A stretch of 64,000 bases of DNA, taken from assembly GCA_938015595.1 (NCBI GenBank), contig CALLPI010000010.1, forward strand, positions 214,167 through 278,166, in the 5' to 3' direction. Within the stretch, counting starts at the first letter, position 1. Every line of letters starts with the position of its first letter. The position numbers and the translations under genes are program-made. The notes under the pieces are model-generated. The model saw only the letters and a program-made list of their open reading frames with translations. It was not told where the DNA came from and ran no database searches. The DNA comes from an uncultured Saprospiraceae bacterium (GTDB lineage Bacteria > Bacteroidota > Bacteroidia > Chitinophagales > Saprospiraceae). This document shows positions 17,393 to 28,008 of the stretch, one piece after another.

Positions 17393-18832
17393 TCAGCACT
17401 CCGGCAGAATGATAGAAATCTGGGCTGCCAATCCACCTTGGGAAGTCTCCTTGTACTTGGTGTGCATATCCTGGGCAGTTTCCCACATAGTTTTAATCAC
17501 TTTGTCCAGCGAGACTTTGGCTTTAGCTGGGTCGCTTTCCAGGGCAATGCTAGCTGCGGTGATGGCTTTGACGGCCCCCATGCTGTTGCGTTCAATGCAG
17601 GGCACTTGCACCAACCCGCCAATGGGGTCGCAAGTGAGACCCAAGTGATGCTCCATGGCTATTTCGGCAGCCATGAGCGCCTGATCGGGCGTACCGCCCA
17701 GCGCTTCGGCGAGCGCTGCCGCAGCCATAGCGGAGGATACGCCGATCTCTGCCTGACAACCGCCCATTGCAGCCGATATGGTGGAGCCTTTTTTGAAAAT
17801 ACTACCTACCTCGCCGGCTACCATCAGGAATCGCACAATTTCTTCCTCGCCCGCTTGCGGATGCACAAAGCAGATATAGTACAACAAAACTGCCGGAATG
17901 ACCCCTGCAGCGCCGTTAGTAGGTGCAGTGACTACGCGCCCGAACCCAGCGTTTTCTTCATTGACGGCCATGGCAAAGCAGCCTATCCACTTGAGTACGT
18001 CAGAGAAAGTATAGCCCTGCTGCCGAATGCTGGCAATCCAGGCATCAGGGTCGGCAGTATCATTGGGCATAAGCCTGCGGTACAGCTCAGGAGCGCGCCG
18101 CACCACCTGCAAACCGCCGGGCAACACCCCCTCGGTGTGGCAGCCCAGCCAGGCGCACTGCTTCATCACCTCCCAGATGCGCAGCAGCCCTGCACGGGTC
18201 TCCTGTGCTGAACGCCAGCTCTGCTCGTTGGCCTGCACGATTTCCCAGATGGCGCATTGCTGCTCGAAGCAATGGCGCGCCAGATCGGCACCGCTATCAA
18301 TGGGGAAGGGAAGACGTACAGCTTGACTTTGGCGCGTTTCGCCTTCTTGCACCACAAAGCCACCACCTATAGAATAGTAGGTGGCCTGCTCACAAACCTG
18401 AAAATCCTGGCCGTAAGCCACTATTTGCATACCGTTAGCGTGATAGGGCAGCGATTTGGCTATCCAAAAGACAATATGCACTTCGGGGTCAAACACAATG
18501 GGATGGCGCCCGCCCAGGTGCAGTATTTTCTCCTGGCGTATGCGCTGCGGAAGGGTACGCACCGCATCTACAGGAATGTGTACAGGATCTTGGCCGGCAA
18601 GCCCTAGCATCACCGCGATGTCGGTACCATGGCCTTTGCCGGTCAGCGCCAGCGAGCCGTAGAGATTGACTGTGATTTGGAGTATCTGCCCAGTAAGAGC
18701 TTTATCGTCGAGGCGTTGTACAAAACGCTGTGCCGCACGCCACGGCCCCAGTGTATGCGAACTAGACGGACCTACTCCAATCTTGAGCATATCGAACACG
18801 CTGATGGGTTCGTAGGGCACATGGGTATTCAT
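17393..18832 (-). CDS. sdaA: L-serine ammonia-lyase (iron-sulfur dependent, single-chain form)
   Basis: [50 protein letters not shown] prefer the ATG at 18832 (MNTHVPYEP), which removes the overlap with the upstream gene. Confidence 0.9.
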   Translation of the reverse strand: MNTHVPYEPISVFDMLKIGVGPSSSHTLGPWRAAQRFVQRLDDKALTGQILQITVNLYGSLALTGKGHGTDIAVMLGLAGQDPVHIPVDAVRTLPQRIRQEKILHLGGRHPIVFDPEVHIVFWIAKSLPYHANGMQIVAYGQDFQVCEQATYYSIGGGFVVQEGETRQSQAVRLPFPIDSGADLARHCFEQQCAIWEIVQANEQSWRSAQETRAGLLRIWEVMKQCAWLGCHTEGVLPGGLQVVRRAPELYRRLMPNDTADPDAWIASIRQQGYTFSDVLKWIGCFAMAVNEENAGFGRVVTAPTNGAAGVIPAVLLYYICFVHPQAGEEEIVRFLMVAGEVGSIFKKGSTISAAMGGCQAEIGVSSAMAAAALAEALGGTPDQALMAAEIAMEHHLGLTCDPIGGLVQVPCIERNSMGAVKAITAASIALESDPAKAKVSLDKVIKTMWETAQDMHTKYKETSQGGLAAQISIILPEC

Positions 18833-18854
18833 GGGTGTTTTACAGGCCTCTGAT

Positions 18855-19463
18855 TTAGCGCTTTTTGTGGATGGTGGCTTCAATACCCTTTTTTTCTAAG
18901 GATTTTACTAAGGCATTGGCCTCTCTGTAGGAGTCGAAGCGGTCTACGAGTGCTACTGCGAAGGCACCCCTGTCAAACATTTCCACCGAGGCATTCTCAA
19001 AGCCAGCCTTTCGCAACTTGGCTACCATAGTCTCTGCGTTGATTTTCTCCTTAAATGAGCCGGCCAGCACCATGTACGCCCCGCTGCTTGAAGTAGTGCG
19101 CGTCTCGGCTTCTGGCTGGTCAAAAGAAGTGGGCGCAGGGGTTCTGGAGGTAGAGGAGGCCGCTGAAGCAGGCGAAGTATTGATGGGGGGGTAGTCATCC
19201 ACTGGCATTACTTTGCTGTCTGCCGGATCAGTTTTGGCTGGCTCCAGGGGTTTTTCGTCACCAAAGTCGATATTCGAAAACTGGGTAGTATCCAAGTAGC
19301 TAGGGTCAGTATCTGGTACAGTATTAGTTTCCTCAATAGCCCCTGGCGGGGTCTCTTCGTTGGCCATACCGATGATTTTGTACAGCAAAAAAGCCAGCGC
19401 GACCAGACATACGACTACAATGAGGTAGGTGATGATGTCGGTACTAGACAACCTGTTGGACAT
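18855..19463 (-). CDS. SPOR-domain (peptidoglycan-binding) membrane-anchored protein
   Basis: N-terminal TM helix, a low-complexity P/S/T linker, and a C-terminal SPOR-like [47 protein letters not shown]. Confidence 0.7.
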   Translation of the reverse strand: MSNRLSSTDIITYLIVVVCLVALAFLLYKIIGMANEETPPGAIEETNTVPDTDPSYLDTTQFSNIDFGDEKPLEPAKTDPADSKVMPVDDYPPINTSPASAASSTSRTPAPTSFDQPEAETRTTSSSGAYMVLAGSFKEKINAETMVAKLRKAGFENASVEMFDRGAFAVALVDRFDSYREANALVKSLEKKGIEATIHKKR

Positions 19464-19572
19464 GATGCATGAAATTTTTATGCTAAGATAAAACACTCTA
19501 TTGATATTTTAGGCGTGGCGCACAAGTATTCTCTGTTATTCTCCGTCCTTGCTAAAATTATGCCGACAGTGC

Positions 19573-20616
19573 TCACACGTAATCTATCGAAGAATTGTAA
19601 ACGGGCTTGCTGCGCAACGCCTGGATAGTGCTCTCATCTACCCGGTGAAATAAAGCGATAAATCTAGCCAACGTGCCACGGGTGAAGCGATGGAGCAGCC
19701 CCATGCGGTTGTAGGGGAAAATGCACTCGCGCAAGGGATCGGCCTGGTTGAGCCAAAACAGCGCAGAATGATACCCAAAGTGATGCAGCGCTGCCTCCAT
19801 GAGGTGTTGCAACTGATGCTCATGACCGGGAGCTACGTAGATACCCTCGAAAGCCAGGAATTTAAAGCGCCTGGGATTAAAAATGATTCTTACAGGCGTA
19901 TAAGGCAGCAGCGGCAATACTACCTTGCCAAAGAAGCCAGGCATTTTGCCTACCCTCCAGAGCGCAGGGCATGCCTGGAGGCCAGCTACGATGCGCCCGT
20001 TTTCCCTGAGCACAAAGTATTTGCCATCTTTGCCCAGATTATCGGCAGTCCAGAAAGCATAGTGGCGGTAGGTTTCTTCTAGCACTGGCAGGAAACAAGC
20101 AAATTCAGCCTCGCTGAGCGTAGCTACCCCTGCATGGGCGCGCGGAAAGAACCGGCTGAAAGCTACAGTGTGATTCAGAGAAATTTCCTCAAAGCCAAGC
20201 CTTGCCGCCATGCGGTTTACGCTGGGATTGATGCGGTCGGTAGAGGCGTAGAAGATGACTGGCTCGGGGTCGTGGCGCAGATACTCGAACAGCGCTTCGG
20301 CCAGGGGTGTGGTGATGCGCTGCCCACGTACTTCTGGGGCTACAGCAAAAAATCGAATGTAATACGCCTTGACGCCCATGATGCGCCGGCAGCCAAACAC
20401 CACCGCACCGTAGAGTTTGCCCGTATCGGACTCTCTGCCCACAAAAAACACGGGTTCGCTTAGCAACTTGAGCCTGTGCAAGGTATAGTAGTGCTCATAT
20501 TGGTTGTCGCCTACACCCCAGGTTACGCTTTCGAGGAAGCGCACGATTTCATCGTCAATTTCTTGCTGGCGGTAGATAAGTCGTTGGCCGATCTGGCCGA
20601 TGATCTCAGCTGGCAT
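19573..20616 (-). CDS. hypothetical protein, possibly GNAT-fold acyltransferase-like
   Basis: FFAVAPEVRGQRITTPLAEALFEYL looks like a GNAT motif-A region. Otherwise I do not recognise it. Confidence 0.35.
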   Translation of the reverse strand: MPAEIIGQIGQRLIYRQQEIDDEIVRFLESVTWGVGDNQYEHYYTLHRLKLLSEPVFFVGRESDTGKLYGAVVFGCRRIMGVKAYYIRFFAVAPEVRGQRITTPLAEALFEYLRHDPEPVIFYASTDRINPSVNRMAARLGFEEISLNHTVAFSRFFPRAHAGVATLSEAEFACFLPVLEETYRHYAFWTADNLGKDGKYFVLRENGRIVAGLQACPALWRVGKMPGFFGKVVLPLLPYTPVRIIFNPRRFKFLAFEGIYVAPGHEHQLQHLMEAALHHFGYHSALFWLNQADPLRECIFPYNRMGLLHRFTRGTLARFIALFHRVDESTIQALRSKPVYNSSIDYV

Positions 20617-20623
20617 GGTTGTC

Positions 20624-21160
20624 TTAAAACTGGTTTTTCCACATCATGCTCTCCACCGGTTTGTCGCTGCGGTGGTTGTATTTGGCATCTTGCTTGCGGT
20701 GGTAGTAGTTTTCGATATCCCCTTCTACTTTGAAGTAAATGAGCTGCCCGATAGGCATACCAGCATAGACCCGTACAGGCTGAGTGCAGGAGATTTCAAG
20801 TGTCCAATAATTGCAGAAGCCTACATCGCCCTTGCCAGCAGTAGCGTGGATATCAATACCCAGGCGGCCTACACTGGACTTGCCCTCCAAGAAGGGTACA
20901 GCGTTAAAGGTCTCTGTGTATTCTTCTGTGACGCCAAGGTATAGCCGGCCTGGCTGGAGGATGAAGCCCTCTGCCGGAATCTCGAAGTATTCAATTTCGT
21001 TATGACGCCTGGCATCCAAGACTTCATCCTTGTAGCAAGCTAGCCACTTGCCCAGGTGTACGTCATAGGAGTTAGTGCCTAAACAATGGCGCCGGAAGGG
21101 TTCAATGACGATGTGCCCGGCGGCAATGCCTTCCAGAATTTTTGTGTCGCTGAGAATCAT
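20624..21160 (-). CDS. dcd: dCTP deaminase
   Basis: 178 aa with MILSDTKILE..IVIEPF, GKSSVGRLGI and the overall Dcd pattern. Confidence 0.9.
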   Translation of the reverse strand: MILSDTKILEGIAAGHIVIEPFRRHCLGTNSYDVHLGKWLACYKDEVLDARRHNEIEYFEIPAEGFILQPGRLYLGVTEEYTETFNAVPFLEGKSSVGRLGIDIHATAGKGDVGFCNYWTLEISCTQPVRVYAGMPIGQLIYFKVEGDIENYYHRKQDAKYNHRSDKPVESMMWKNQF

Positions 21161-21203
21161 GCACTAGTTTGGATTCAGAAGGCAAAGGTAGGTTTTTTCT
21201 CCT

Positions 21204-22121
21204 TCAAAGCACATTCCAAAGAATGATACTGCGGTCGTCACTACCAGAGATGAGTGTACAGTTATGAGGATGCCACAGCAGAGCGTTCACCGAATTAATA
21301 TGGCAGCCGTAACGAACAGTGTCCAGTACTTTAAGCAATCGGAAGGTGGCTGCATCCCAGAGCTTGATAGTACGGTCGCGGCTGGCAGTAGCAAACATGT
21401 GCCCCTGTGGATGAAAAACGACATCATTGAGGGTGTACCAATGCGCTGGCTGGGCCGAAATCGGAGCAAAATTCCGAGCGACGTCCCATACGCGCAGATG
21501 TGCATCGCGACCACCGCTGATCAAATAGCGCCCATCGGGGCTGTAGCGTACTGCAAACACGGAGTTGTTGTGTGCCAAAGCAATGGTGTGCCGAACGTCC
21601 AGTGAATCTACATCCAGAAGGTAAATAGTTTGGTCGGAAGCGCCCACGGCCAGTTCACGGCGGCTGGGGCAGTAGTCCAGCGCACGCAAGCTGCGATTGC
21701 TCAAGTGCAAGCTCTCTATGGAGCGCATATCGGCTGCAGACCACCGAGTGAGCATCCCCTCCCCGCCAGCGCTGAACACCCAAGCATCCACCTCCAACAA
21801 GGCAAAGATGCCGCGCCTATGATGGGCAATGTCGCGCGTTTGTTCGCGCTGGTTCAGCGCTATCCAGTGCAGCCCGCCGTTCATGTCGCCGGCCAAGAGC
21901 AGTTGAAGTGCAGAAAGGTAGCATAGTGAAAATACCTGAGCTTCTATCTGTGCCGCCAGCTTTCCGGTATCGGGTGCCTCCAGGTTCCATTCAGCTATCC
22001 AGCCATCGCCAGCAGCAGAAAAGAAGGAACTGGCTTGACGCCCGAGCGACAGGGCATACACCGCGGCGTTGTGGCCGGTGAGCTGGGCGGTTTTTTGCAT
22101 AGCAAATTCGGCAGCATTCAT
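21204..22121 (-). CDS. WD40-repeat protein
   Basis: Repeated GH..AV..L / D.TI.LWD-type units (LTGHNAAVYAL, DRTIKLWD, DRSIILWN). Confidence 0.65.
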   Translation of the reverse strand: MNAAEFAMQKTAQLTGHNAAVYALSLGRQASSFFSAAGDGWIAEWNLEAPDTGKLAAQIEAQVFSLCYLSALQLLLAGDMNGGLHWIALNQREQTRDIAHHRRGIFALLEVDAWVFSAGGEGMLTRWSAADMRSIESLHLSNRSLRALDYCPSRRELAVGASDQTIYLLDVDSLDVRHTIALAHNNSVFAVRYSPDGRYLISGGRDAHLRVWDVARNFAPISAQPAHWYTLNDVVFHPQGHMFATASRDRTIKLWDAATFRLLKVLDTVRYGCHINSVNALLWHPHNCTLISGSDDRSIILWNVL

Positions 22122-22198
22122 GCGGACAAAAACACAGGGCTATTCAGGAAGTTCACCTTGGCAAAGTGGTTTGTGCCGACTCCGCCCCCAGGCCAAGT

Positions 22199-23521
22199 TC
22201 ATGAATCAGCCCCCCAGGCAGGCGCATTAGCTGGGATGTTGCGGCTGATCTTGTTGAAAAAAGGCCTGAAATGCACCTCTACGGCATGGCGCGGCACATG
22301 CAAAAACTCGCGGGCTATTTCGTCGGCTTCCTGATTGGCCAGAGCAATCAGATTGGCCGGCACCTGGGCGCGCCCCGCTACTATATTGGCGGCCAGTTTG
22401 GATTGCACATCTGACAAGGGCCATATACAGCCTTGGGGTTGTGCTAGCCCGATGAAGAAAAGCGTAGGATGCTCAGGGTGCATCATGCGCAAGTACAGCG
22501 GGATGCGCACAGCATCTTCATAGCAAATAAAGTCCTTGCGAAAAAAAGGAAAAGCAATCTTGTAACCAGTGGCAGCCACAATTGCATCGAACACTTCGTG
22601 CTTGCCGTCGGCAAAAGTTACTGTGTAGCCGTCAATGGCCTGGATACCCCGCCGAGGATGTACCCTGCCATGCCGTATGCGATACAGCAACTCAGAGTTG
22701 AGCGTGGGGTGCGCGCTGGTCACTGGGAAGTCAGGCTGCTCCAAGCCGTAATTGCGGTAATCGCCTACCTGAATCCGCAGGCTGAGTTGGCGCAAAGCAT
22801 TACTCAAGAAGCGGGGCAATCTGTTGAGGGTGTCGTTGAAAGTATCGGTGGGTTTGCCCATGAAGAATTTGGGTACGATGTACTGCGGCCGGCGTATGCT
22901 AATGGCGGTAAACTCGGCCACGCGGCTGATCTCCACGGCGCAATCGCAAGCCGAATTACCCGCGCCGATAACCAATACCCTCTTGCCAGCAAAGGGCACA
23001 TTTTGCTTGTAGTCGTGTGCATGGAGCAGTTCTCCTGCAAAATGCCCGGGTAGTTCTGGCATACGCGGTACGGAGTGGTGACCATTGGCTACAAAAAGAT
23101 AGTCAAACAGGCGCGTTTCGCCTGTACTGAGCGTAATGGCCCAGCGCTCGTCGTGCAACTTCTCCGCTTGAGCTACCTCAGTATTAAACTGAATATACGG
23201 CAACAAGCTAAAATGCTGGGCATAGGCCTCGAAATACGCCAACACCTGGCGGTGAGAAGGGTAATCGGGATAGTCGTCGGGCATGGGAAAGTCTAGAAAC
23301 TCCGACATCTTTTTGGAACTGATGATGTGGGTGGTTTCGCATACACTGGAGTGCGATGCACCAGCGGTGTAGATCCAGTTGCCACCCACGCGATCGTTTC
23401 TCTCAAAGCATACTACCTCCCGAACGCCCGCCTGAAGGAGGTTTTTTACAGCGGCCAAGCCAGAACAACCGGCGCCAATGACACATACAGATTTAGACAT
23501 AAGCGATACGTAATTGCTCAA
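22199..23521 (-). CDS. flavin-containing monooxygenase-like NAD(P)/FAD-dependent oxidoreductase
   Basis: VCVIGAGCSGLAA, FERNDRVGGNW, and a second dinucleotide motif VLVIGAGNSACD. Confidence 0.7.
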   Translation of the reverse strand: MSNYVSLMSKSVCVIGAGCSGLAAVKNLLQAGVREVVCFERNDRVGGNWIYTAGASHSSVCETTHIISSKKMSEFLDFPMPDDYPDYPSHRQVLAYFEAYAQHFSLLPYIQFNTEVAQAEKLHDERWAITLSTGETRLFDYLFVANGHHSVPRMPELPGHFAGELLHAHDYKQNVPFAGKRVLVIGAGNSACDCAVEISRVAEFTAISIRRPQYIVPKFFMGKPTDTFNDTLNRLPRFLSNALRQLSLRIQVGDYRNYGLEQPDFPVTSAHPTLNSELLYRIRHGRVHPRRGIQAIDGYTVTFADGKHEVFDAIVAATGYKIAFPFFRKDFICYEDAVRIPLYLRMMHPEHPTLFFIGLAQPQGCIWPLSDVQSKLAANIVAGRAQVPANLIALANQEADEIAREFLHVPRHAVEVHFRPFFNKISRNIPANAPAWGADS

Positions 23522-23579
23522 AACAAAGGTAAAAAGTCAGATTATATCTTGATATAGCCAGGGCTAAGTTCTATCAAGC

Positions 23580-25007
23580 CTATGGCAATCGCTCCCACAT
23601 GCTGATATTTTTGCCAAATGTTTGCCGCACCTGGTAGCGCTCCTGCATGAAAGCTGTAAAGGTATTGCTAGCCCAGCCATCCTGCAGTACTACGTATTTC
23701 GGCGCCAGCTTGATGAGGCGCTCCCATTCGGCAGTCTCATCAATGCCCAGTGCCCGGATATGATGCGGCGCCCATAGCAGACTGCGATGCACGTAGGGCG
23801 TGGGGCTGTTGCGTCGCAAAAGGAAGTACAGTATCTGGTGGTAGTTGCCGGCATACACCTGGTCGTTAGATTGCAAACGAGGTCTGAGCCAAGTGGCTAT
23901 TTGGAGCGGATAGTCGGGGCGATCGTAGTAGTCCTTTTTTTGCAAATACAGGTTAACCAACAGGACAACAGCCACTAAGGGATAACATACCCGCTTGGCT
24001 AGCAGCCAGGCAGCTATGCGAGGATGCCTTTCATGAAAAAACGCCCCCGCCAGCAAGGCAAACGCCGGCATCAACTGAATGAAATAATGACCAAACAGCC
24101 GCCCGGTAATCATCACCGGCACCAGCGTGACCCCAGCCCACAACAAAGCCAACACCCTGAGCGCAATAGGTGGATACTTAGCCCAGGCGGTATAGAAAAA
24201 CATGACACTCAGCGGCAAGTACCGCAGTAGGAAATCCGCCAGGAAGCGGGTATACTCGCCCAAGCTGCGGCTCACGGGGTACTTGCGCATTACCTCAAAG
24301 GTGTAGTACAGAAACGACTCCTGCAGTCCGGTCTGTTTGTAGTACCACCACACGCCTGCAAAAGGCAGTGCCATGGCTACTGCCATAGCCCCTACCCTGC
24401 CCACAAATACGCCCCAGCCCTGGGGCTGTTGCCGCTGGCGCCACAACAAAAAAAGCCCCAGCGCCAGCGCGTCAAACAATACTGAGTACTTGATGATAAA
24501 CCCTAAGCCCAGGCATAAACCCGCCAGCATCCAACGCCCTGTGCCAGGCTTGCCGGCTAGCAACCAGGCCGCTGCAATGGTAAATCCACAATAATACAAC
24601 TCCGTATTGGGCGATACACCGTAGAAAGTGAAAACCGAACACAATACAATATACAGAATGCCGGCAGCCCATGCCGCTGCCAGGTTTGCCCCCAGGCGAC
24701 GGCTGAGCAAATGCAAGCCCCAGGCACTCAACCCAATCCATAGTGCAGTGAACACCCTCACCGCCCATACCGATGGAAAAACCTTGAGCACGGCAGCGTA
24801 CAACAAAAACACCCCAATGGGCTTGGTATCCACATAGTCCTGTAAGTAAGTCTTGCCCCGCAGCAGTCCGTCGGCTATGACAATGTAGGTGGACTCGTCG
24901 TGGTTGATAACGCTTGGAAAAAAGGAAAAAAACCTCATGCACAACGCCAGGCTAAGAAGTACTGGCAAAGGATGCAGCAAGTAAGCGAAGAGCGTGGCGC
25001 GGCGCAT
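23580..25007 (-). CDS. ArnT/PMT-like (GT39/GT83-type) membrane glycosyltransferase
   Basis: 475-aa polytopic protein. The N-terminal loop HDESTYIVIADGLLRGKTYLQDYVDTKPIG is typical of this family. Confidence 0.6.
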   Translation of the reverse strand: MRRATLFAYLLHPLPVLLSLALCMRFFSFFPSVINHDESTYIVIADGLLRGKTYLQDYVDTKPIGVFLLYAAVLKVFPSVWAVRVFTALWIGLSAWGLHLLSRRLGANLAAAWAAGILYIVLCSVFTFYGVSPNTELYYCGFTIAAAWLLAGKPGTGRWMLAGLCLGLGFIIKYSVLFDALALGLFLLWRQRQQPQGWGVFVGRVGAMAVAMALPFAGVWWYYKQTGLQESFLYYTFEVMRKYPVSRSLGEYTRFLADFLLRYLPLSVMFFYTAWAKYPPIALRVLALLWAGVTLVPVMITGRLFGHYFIQLMPAFALLAGAFFHERHPRIAAWLLAKRVCYPLVAVVLLVNLYLQKKDYYDRPDYPLQIATWLRPRLQSNDQVYAGNYHQILYFLLRRNSPTPYVHRSLLWAPHHIRALGIDETAEWERLIKLAPKYVVLQDGWASNTFTAFMQERYQVRQTFGKNISMWERLP

Positions 25008-25073
25008 TTTAGAAAAATTTTAGCCCTAAAGGTAGGCCTAATCCTTAGTTTTGCAGCAAAACTCAAAATAAAA

Positions 25074-25733
25074 ATGAAACCATCAGCAATTACCTCAGGG
25101 CTGATATGCCTCCTGACCTTTGCCAGCCTACATGCCCAAGACGACTGGAAACTGAGTAAAGAAGTAGATGGCATACAAATCTATCATCGCGCCCAAGAAA
25201 ACCAAGCGGTAAAAGCCCTAAAAATCAAAACTCGAATGGAAGGCAGCGCCAGCGCCGCCATTGCTTTCCTCAGCGATGTGAACCATGCTTGCTCCTGGGT
25301 GCAGCACTGCCTGAAGTCGTTCTTGATAGACAAGAAAAGCCCCACAGACTACACCTTTTACCAACTCATTGACTTCCCCTGGCCTTATGCCGACCGCGAG
25401 TACGTGCTGCACGCACGCATCTCACAAGACCCCAATACGCACACCATACACCTGCACTCTACGGCCAAACCCAATGCTTACCCCCTGACAAAAGGACATT
25501 TTCGCGTACAGACCAGCGACTCCCATTGGAAGATAACACCTGACAAACCCGGCTTCATAAGCATTGAATACACCCTGCAAACCGACCCCGGCGACACACT
25601 TCCTGCCTGGATAGTCAATCTAGCCCTGGAAAAAGCCCCCTTGCACACTATCCGGCACATGCGACAAGCACTGCGCACTGAACCATACGCTGGCCAAAAA
25701 CTAGACTTCATCAAGGAACCGAGCACCCGCTGA
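25074..25733 (+). CDS. secreted START/SRPBCC-like lipid-binding domain protein
   Basis: ATG at 25074 with a signal peptide (FASLHAQ). DFPWPYADREYVLHARI resembles START-domain blocks. Confidence 0.55.
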   Translation: MKPSAITSGLICLLTFASLHAQDDWKLSKEVDGIQIYHRAQENQAVKALKIKTRMEGSASAAIAFLSDVNHACSWVQHCLKSFLIDKKSPTDYTFYQLIDFPWPYADREYVLHARISQDPNTHTIHLHSTAKPNAYPLTKGHFRVQTSDSHWKITPDKPGFISIEYTLQTDPGDTLPAWIVNLALEKAPLHTIRHMRQALRTEPYAGQKLDFIKEPSTR

Positions 25734-25899
25734 CGCCAACGCATTCCAACAATTGCCAGGCACCATGCCACAATATAATAGGCAGCAACAAGAAAGCAGC
25801 CACACTAAAATTATTTCGAGGACGCATGATACTCTAAATCGCAGTAAAATTCCTATCATTGCTGCCATTCTTCGCAGCCAGTGATAAAAACCCGCTACT

Positions 25900-27855
25900 A
25901 TGCAGACTGATAGCCGCAACCGCGTGATCATTGAAAACGTGAAACCTGAAATTGACGACGGCCGACATTTCATCAAGCGCGTAGTGAATGAATCCGTGGA
26001 CGTCAGCGCCGATATCTTCTCCGACGGACACGACCTGCTCCGTGCCTCTCTTTACTACCGGCACGAGAGCCAGAAAAACTGGACGGAAGTCTATATGACA
26101 CCCCAACCCAACGACGTATGGACAGCCTCCTTTCAGGTATCCCAAAAAGGCTTTTACTACTACAAGCTAGAAGCCTGGATAGATCATTTGCTAACCTGGC
26201 ACACCGGATTTCAGAAAAAATACGCCGACGAGCAGGATATGTCCGTAGAATTGCTCATTGGCTCTAACTTACTTCGGCGTACTGCTCAGGGTTATCCTAA
26301 GTCCAAAGCTGAAGCCTTGAAGAAAATGGCCGAAGCCCTCGAAAAACCAGGCAACTACGAGGCTGCCGTAGCGTTGGTCATCAGCGATGCCTTCGCCGAC
26401 CTGGTGGTAGCGCATCCTATGAAGCAATTCCAGACCTGGTACGATAAAAACCTGCGCGTACGCATTAGCCGCGACCGCGCTGTGTTCAGCGCCTGGTATG
26501 AACTCTTCCCGCGCTCTACCGCCCTAAAACCCGGCGAACACGGCACATTCAAAGACGTAGAGCGCCTGCTGCCCCGATTGGAAGCATTTGGCTTCGACGT
26601 ACTGTACCTGCCGCCTATACACCCTATTGGCAAAACTAATCGCAAAGGCAAGAATAATAGCCTGGAAGCCACACCTAACGACCCCGGCTCGCCTTGGGCT
26701 ATTGGTAGCGCTGAAGGTGGCCACAAGGCCATACATCCTCAGTTGGGCACACTCAAGGATTACCAACACTTGATCAAACAAGCCAAAAAACACGGCCTGG
26801 AAATTGCACTGGACCTGGCCTTCCAATGCTCACCCGACCACCCTTGGGTCAAGGAACACCCCCAGTGGTTCCTTTGGCGCCCCGACGGAACCATAGCCTA
26901 TGCTGAAAATCCGCCCAAGAAGTACCAAGACATTGTACCCATCAACTTTGAAACCGACGACTGGCGCAACCTCTGGGAAGAACTCAAAAGCGTCATCTTG
27001 TTTTGGGTGGACGTCGGTGTAGAAATCTTCCGCGTGGACAACCCCCACACCAAGCCCTTTGCCTTCTGGGAGTGGGTCATTGACGAAGTACACCGCCAAC
27101 ACCCCGACGTCATCTTCCTGTCTGAAGCCTTCACACGCCCCAAAATCATGGCTGCGCTGGCCAAACTCGGCTTCACACAATCCTACACCTACTTCACCTG
27201 GCGCGTAAATCGCAAGGAAATGGAGGAATACCTCACCGAACTGACTACCACCGAACTGCGCGACTATTTCCGCCCCAACTTCTGGCCCAATACACCCGAC
27301 ATCTTGCCCTATCACCTCATGGATGCCGGCTCCAACACCTTTGTGCTGCGCTTGTTATTGGCTGCTACGCTCTCCTCCAATTACGGCGTGTATGGCCCGG
27401 CGTATGAGTTCATGGAAAACACAGGCAACCTCAACGGCAAGGAGGAGTATCTCAACTCTGAAAAATACGAACTGCGCACCTACGATTGGGATACCCGCAA
27501 CCGCATCACTGACACCATGACTCAGATCAACCGCATTCGCCGCGAAAACCCCGCCTTGCAACGCACGTACAACCTGACCTTCACCCGCACCGACAACGAC
27601 ATGCTCATGAGCTACGTTAAACGCAGCGACGACGGCACCAACACCATCTGGTGCATTGCCAATTTCGATGCGCAATTTACTCAGGCAGGTTACGTAGAAG
27701 TACCCAAAAAACTGCTGGGTATTGAAGGGCGCGTCCATCTCAAGGTTACCGATCTGCTCACTGGCGAAACCTACTACTGGTTCAACGACTGGAACTACGT
27801 GGAGTTGAATCCTTCCAAGCAGCCCATGCACGTGCTGCTGGTACACCCCAAATGA
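25900..27855 (+). CDS. glgE: alpha-1,4-glucan:maltose-1-phosphate maltosyltransferase
   Basis: 651 aa. The N-terminus RVIIENVKPEIDDGRHFIKRVVNESVDVSADIFSDGHD is GlgE-specific, with GH13 blocks (FRVDNPHTKP, IFLSEAFTRP). Confidence 0.85.
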   Translation: MQTDSRNRVIIENVKPEIDDGRHFIKRVVNESVDVSADIFSDGHDLLRASLYYRHESQKNWTEVYMTPQPNDVWTASFQVSQKGFYYYKLEAWIDHLLTWHTGFQKKYADEQDMSVELLIGSNLLRRTAQGYPKSKAEALKKMAEALEKPGNYEAAVALVISDAFADLVVAHPMKQFQTWYDKNLRVRISRDRAVFSAWYELFPRSTALKPGEHGTFKDVERLLPRLEAFGFDVLYLPPIHPIGKTNRKGKNNSLEATPNDPGSPWAIGSAEGGHKAIHPQLGTLKDYQHLIKQAKKHGLEIALDLAFQCSPDHPWVKEHPQWFLWRPDGTIAYAENPPKKYQDIVPINFETDDWRNLWEELKSVILFWVDVGVEIFRVDNPHTKPFAFWEWVIDEVHRQHPDVIFLSEAFTRPKIMAALAKLGFTQSYTYFTWRVNRKEMEEYLTELTTTELRDYFRPNFWPNTPDILPYHLMDAGSNTFVLRLLLAATLSSNYGVYGPAYEFMENTGNLNGKEEYLNSEKYELRTYDWDTRNRITDTMTQINRIRRENPALQRTYNLTFTRTDNDMLMSYVKRSDDGTNTIWCIANFDAQFTQAGYVEVPKKLLGIEGRVHLKVTDLLTGETYYWFNDWNYVELNPSKQPMHVLLVHPK

Positions 27856-28008
27856 ACTGCCTATGAGCCTTGTGCACCAGAGCCTCCAGGAGGAGGTTTT
27901 TGGTAAGCGCTAAGTCGTTACAGATGAATTTTGAGGGCACGGTTTGCGTTTTTTGCTAATTTTAGCCGGTCAACTGGATTGAAATTTTACTGGAAAAGCA
28001 TACTGTCT

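Noticed and set aside
20624-21160. dCTP deaminase as a possible nucleotide-depletion antiphage defence gene.
   Set aside because: It is the size (178 aa) and sequence type of housekeeping Dcd. It has no extra kinase or sensor domain and no defence-island context (no restriction, Abi, toxin or mobile genes nearby).
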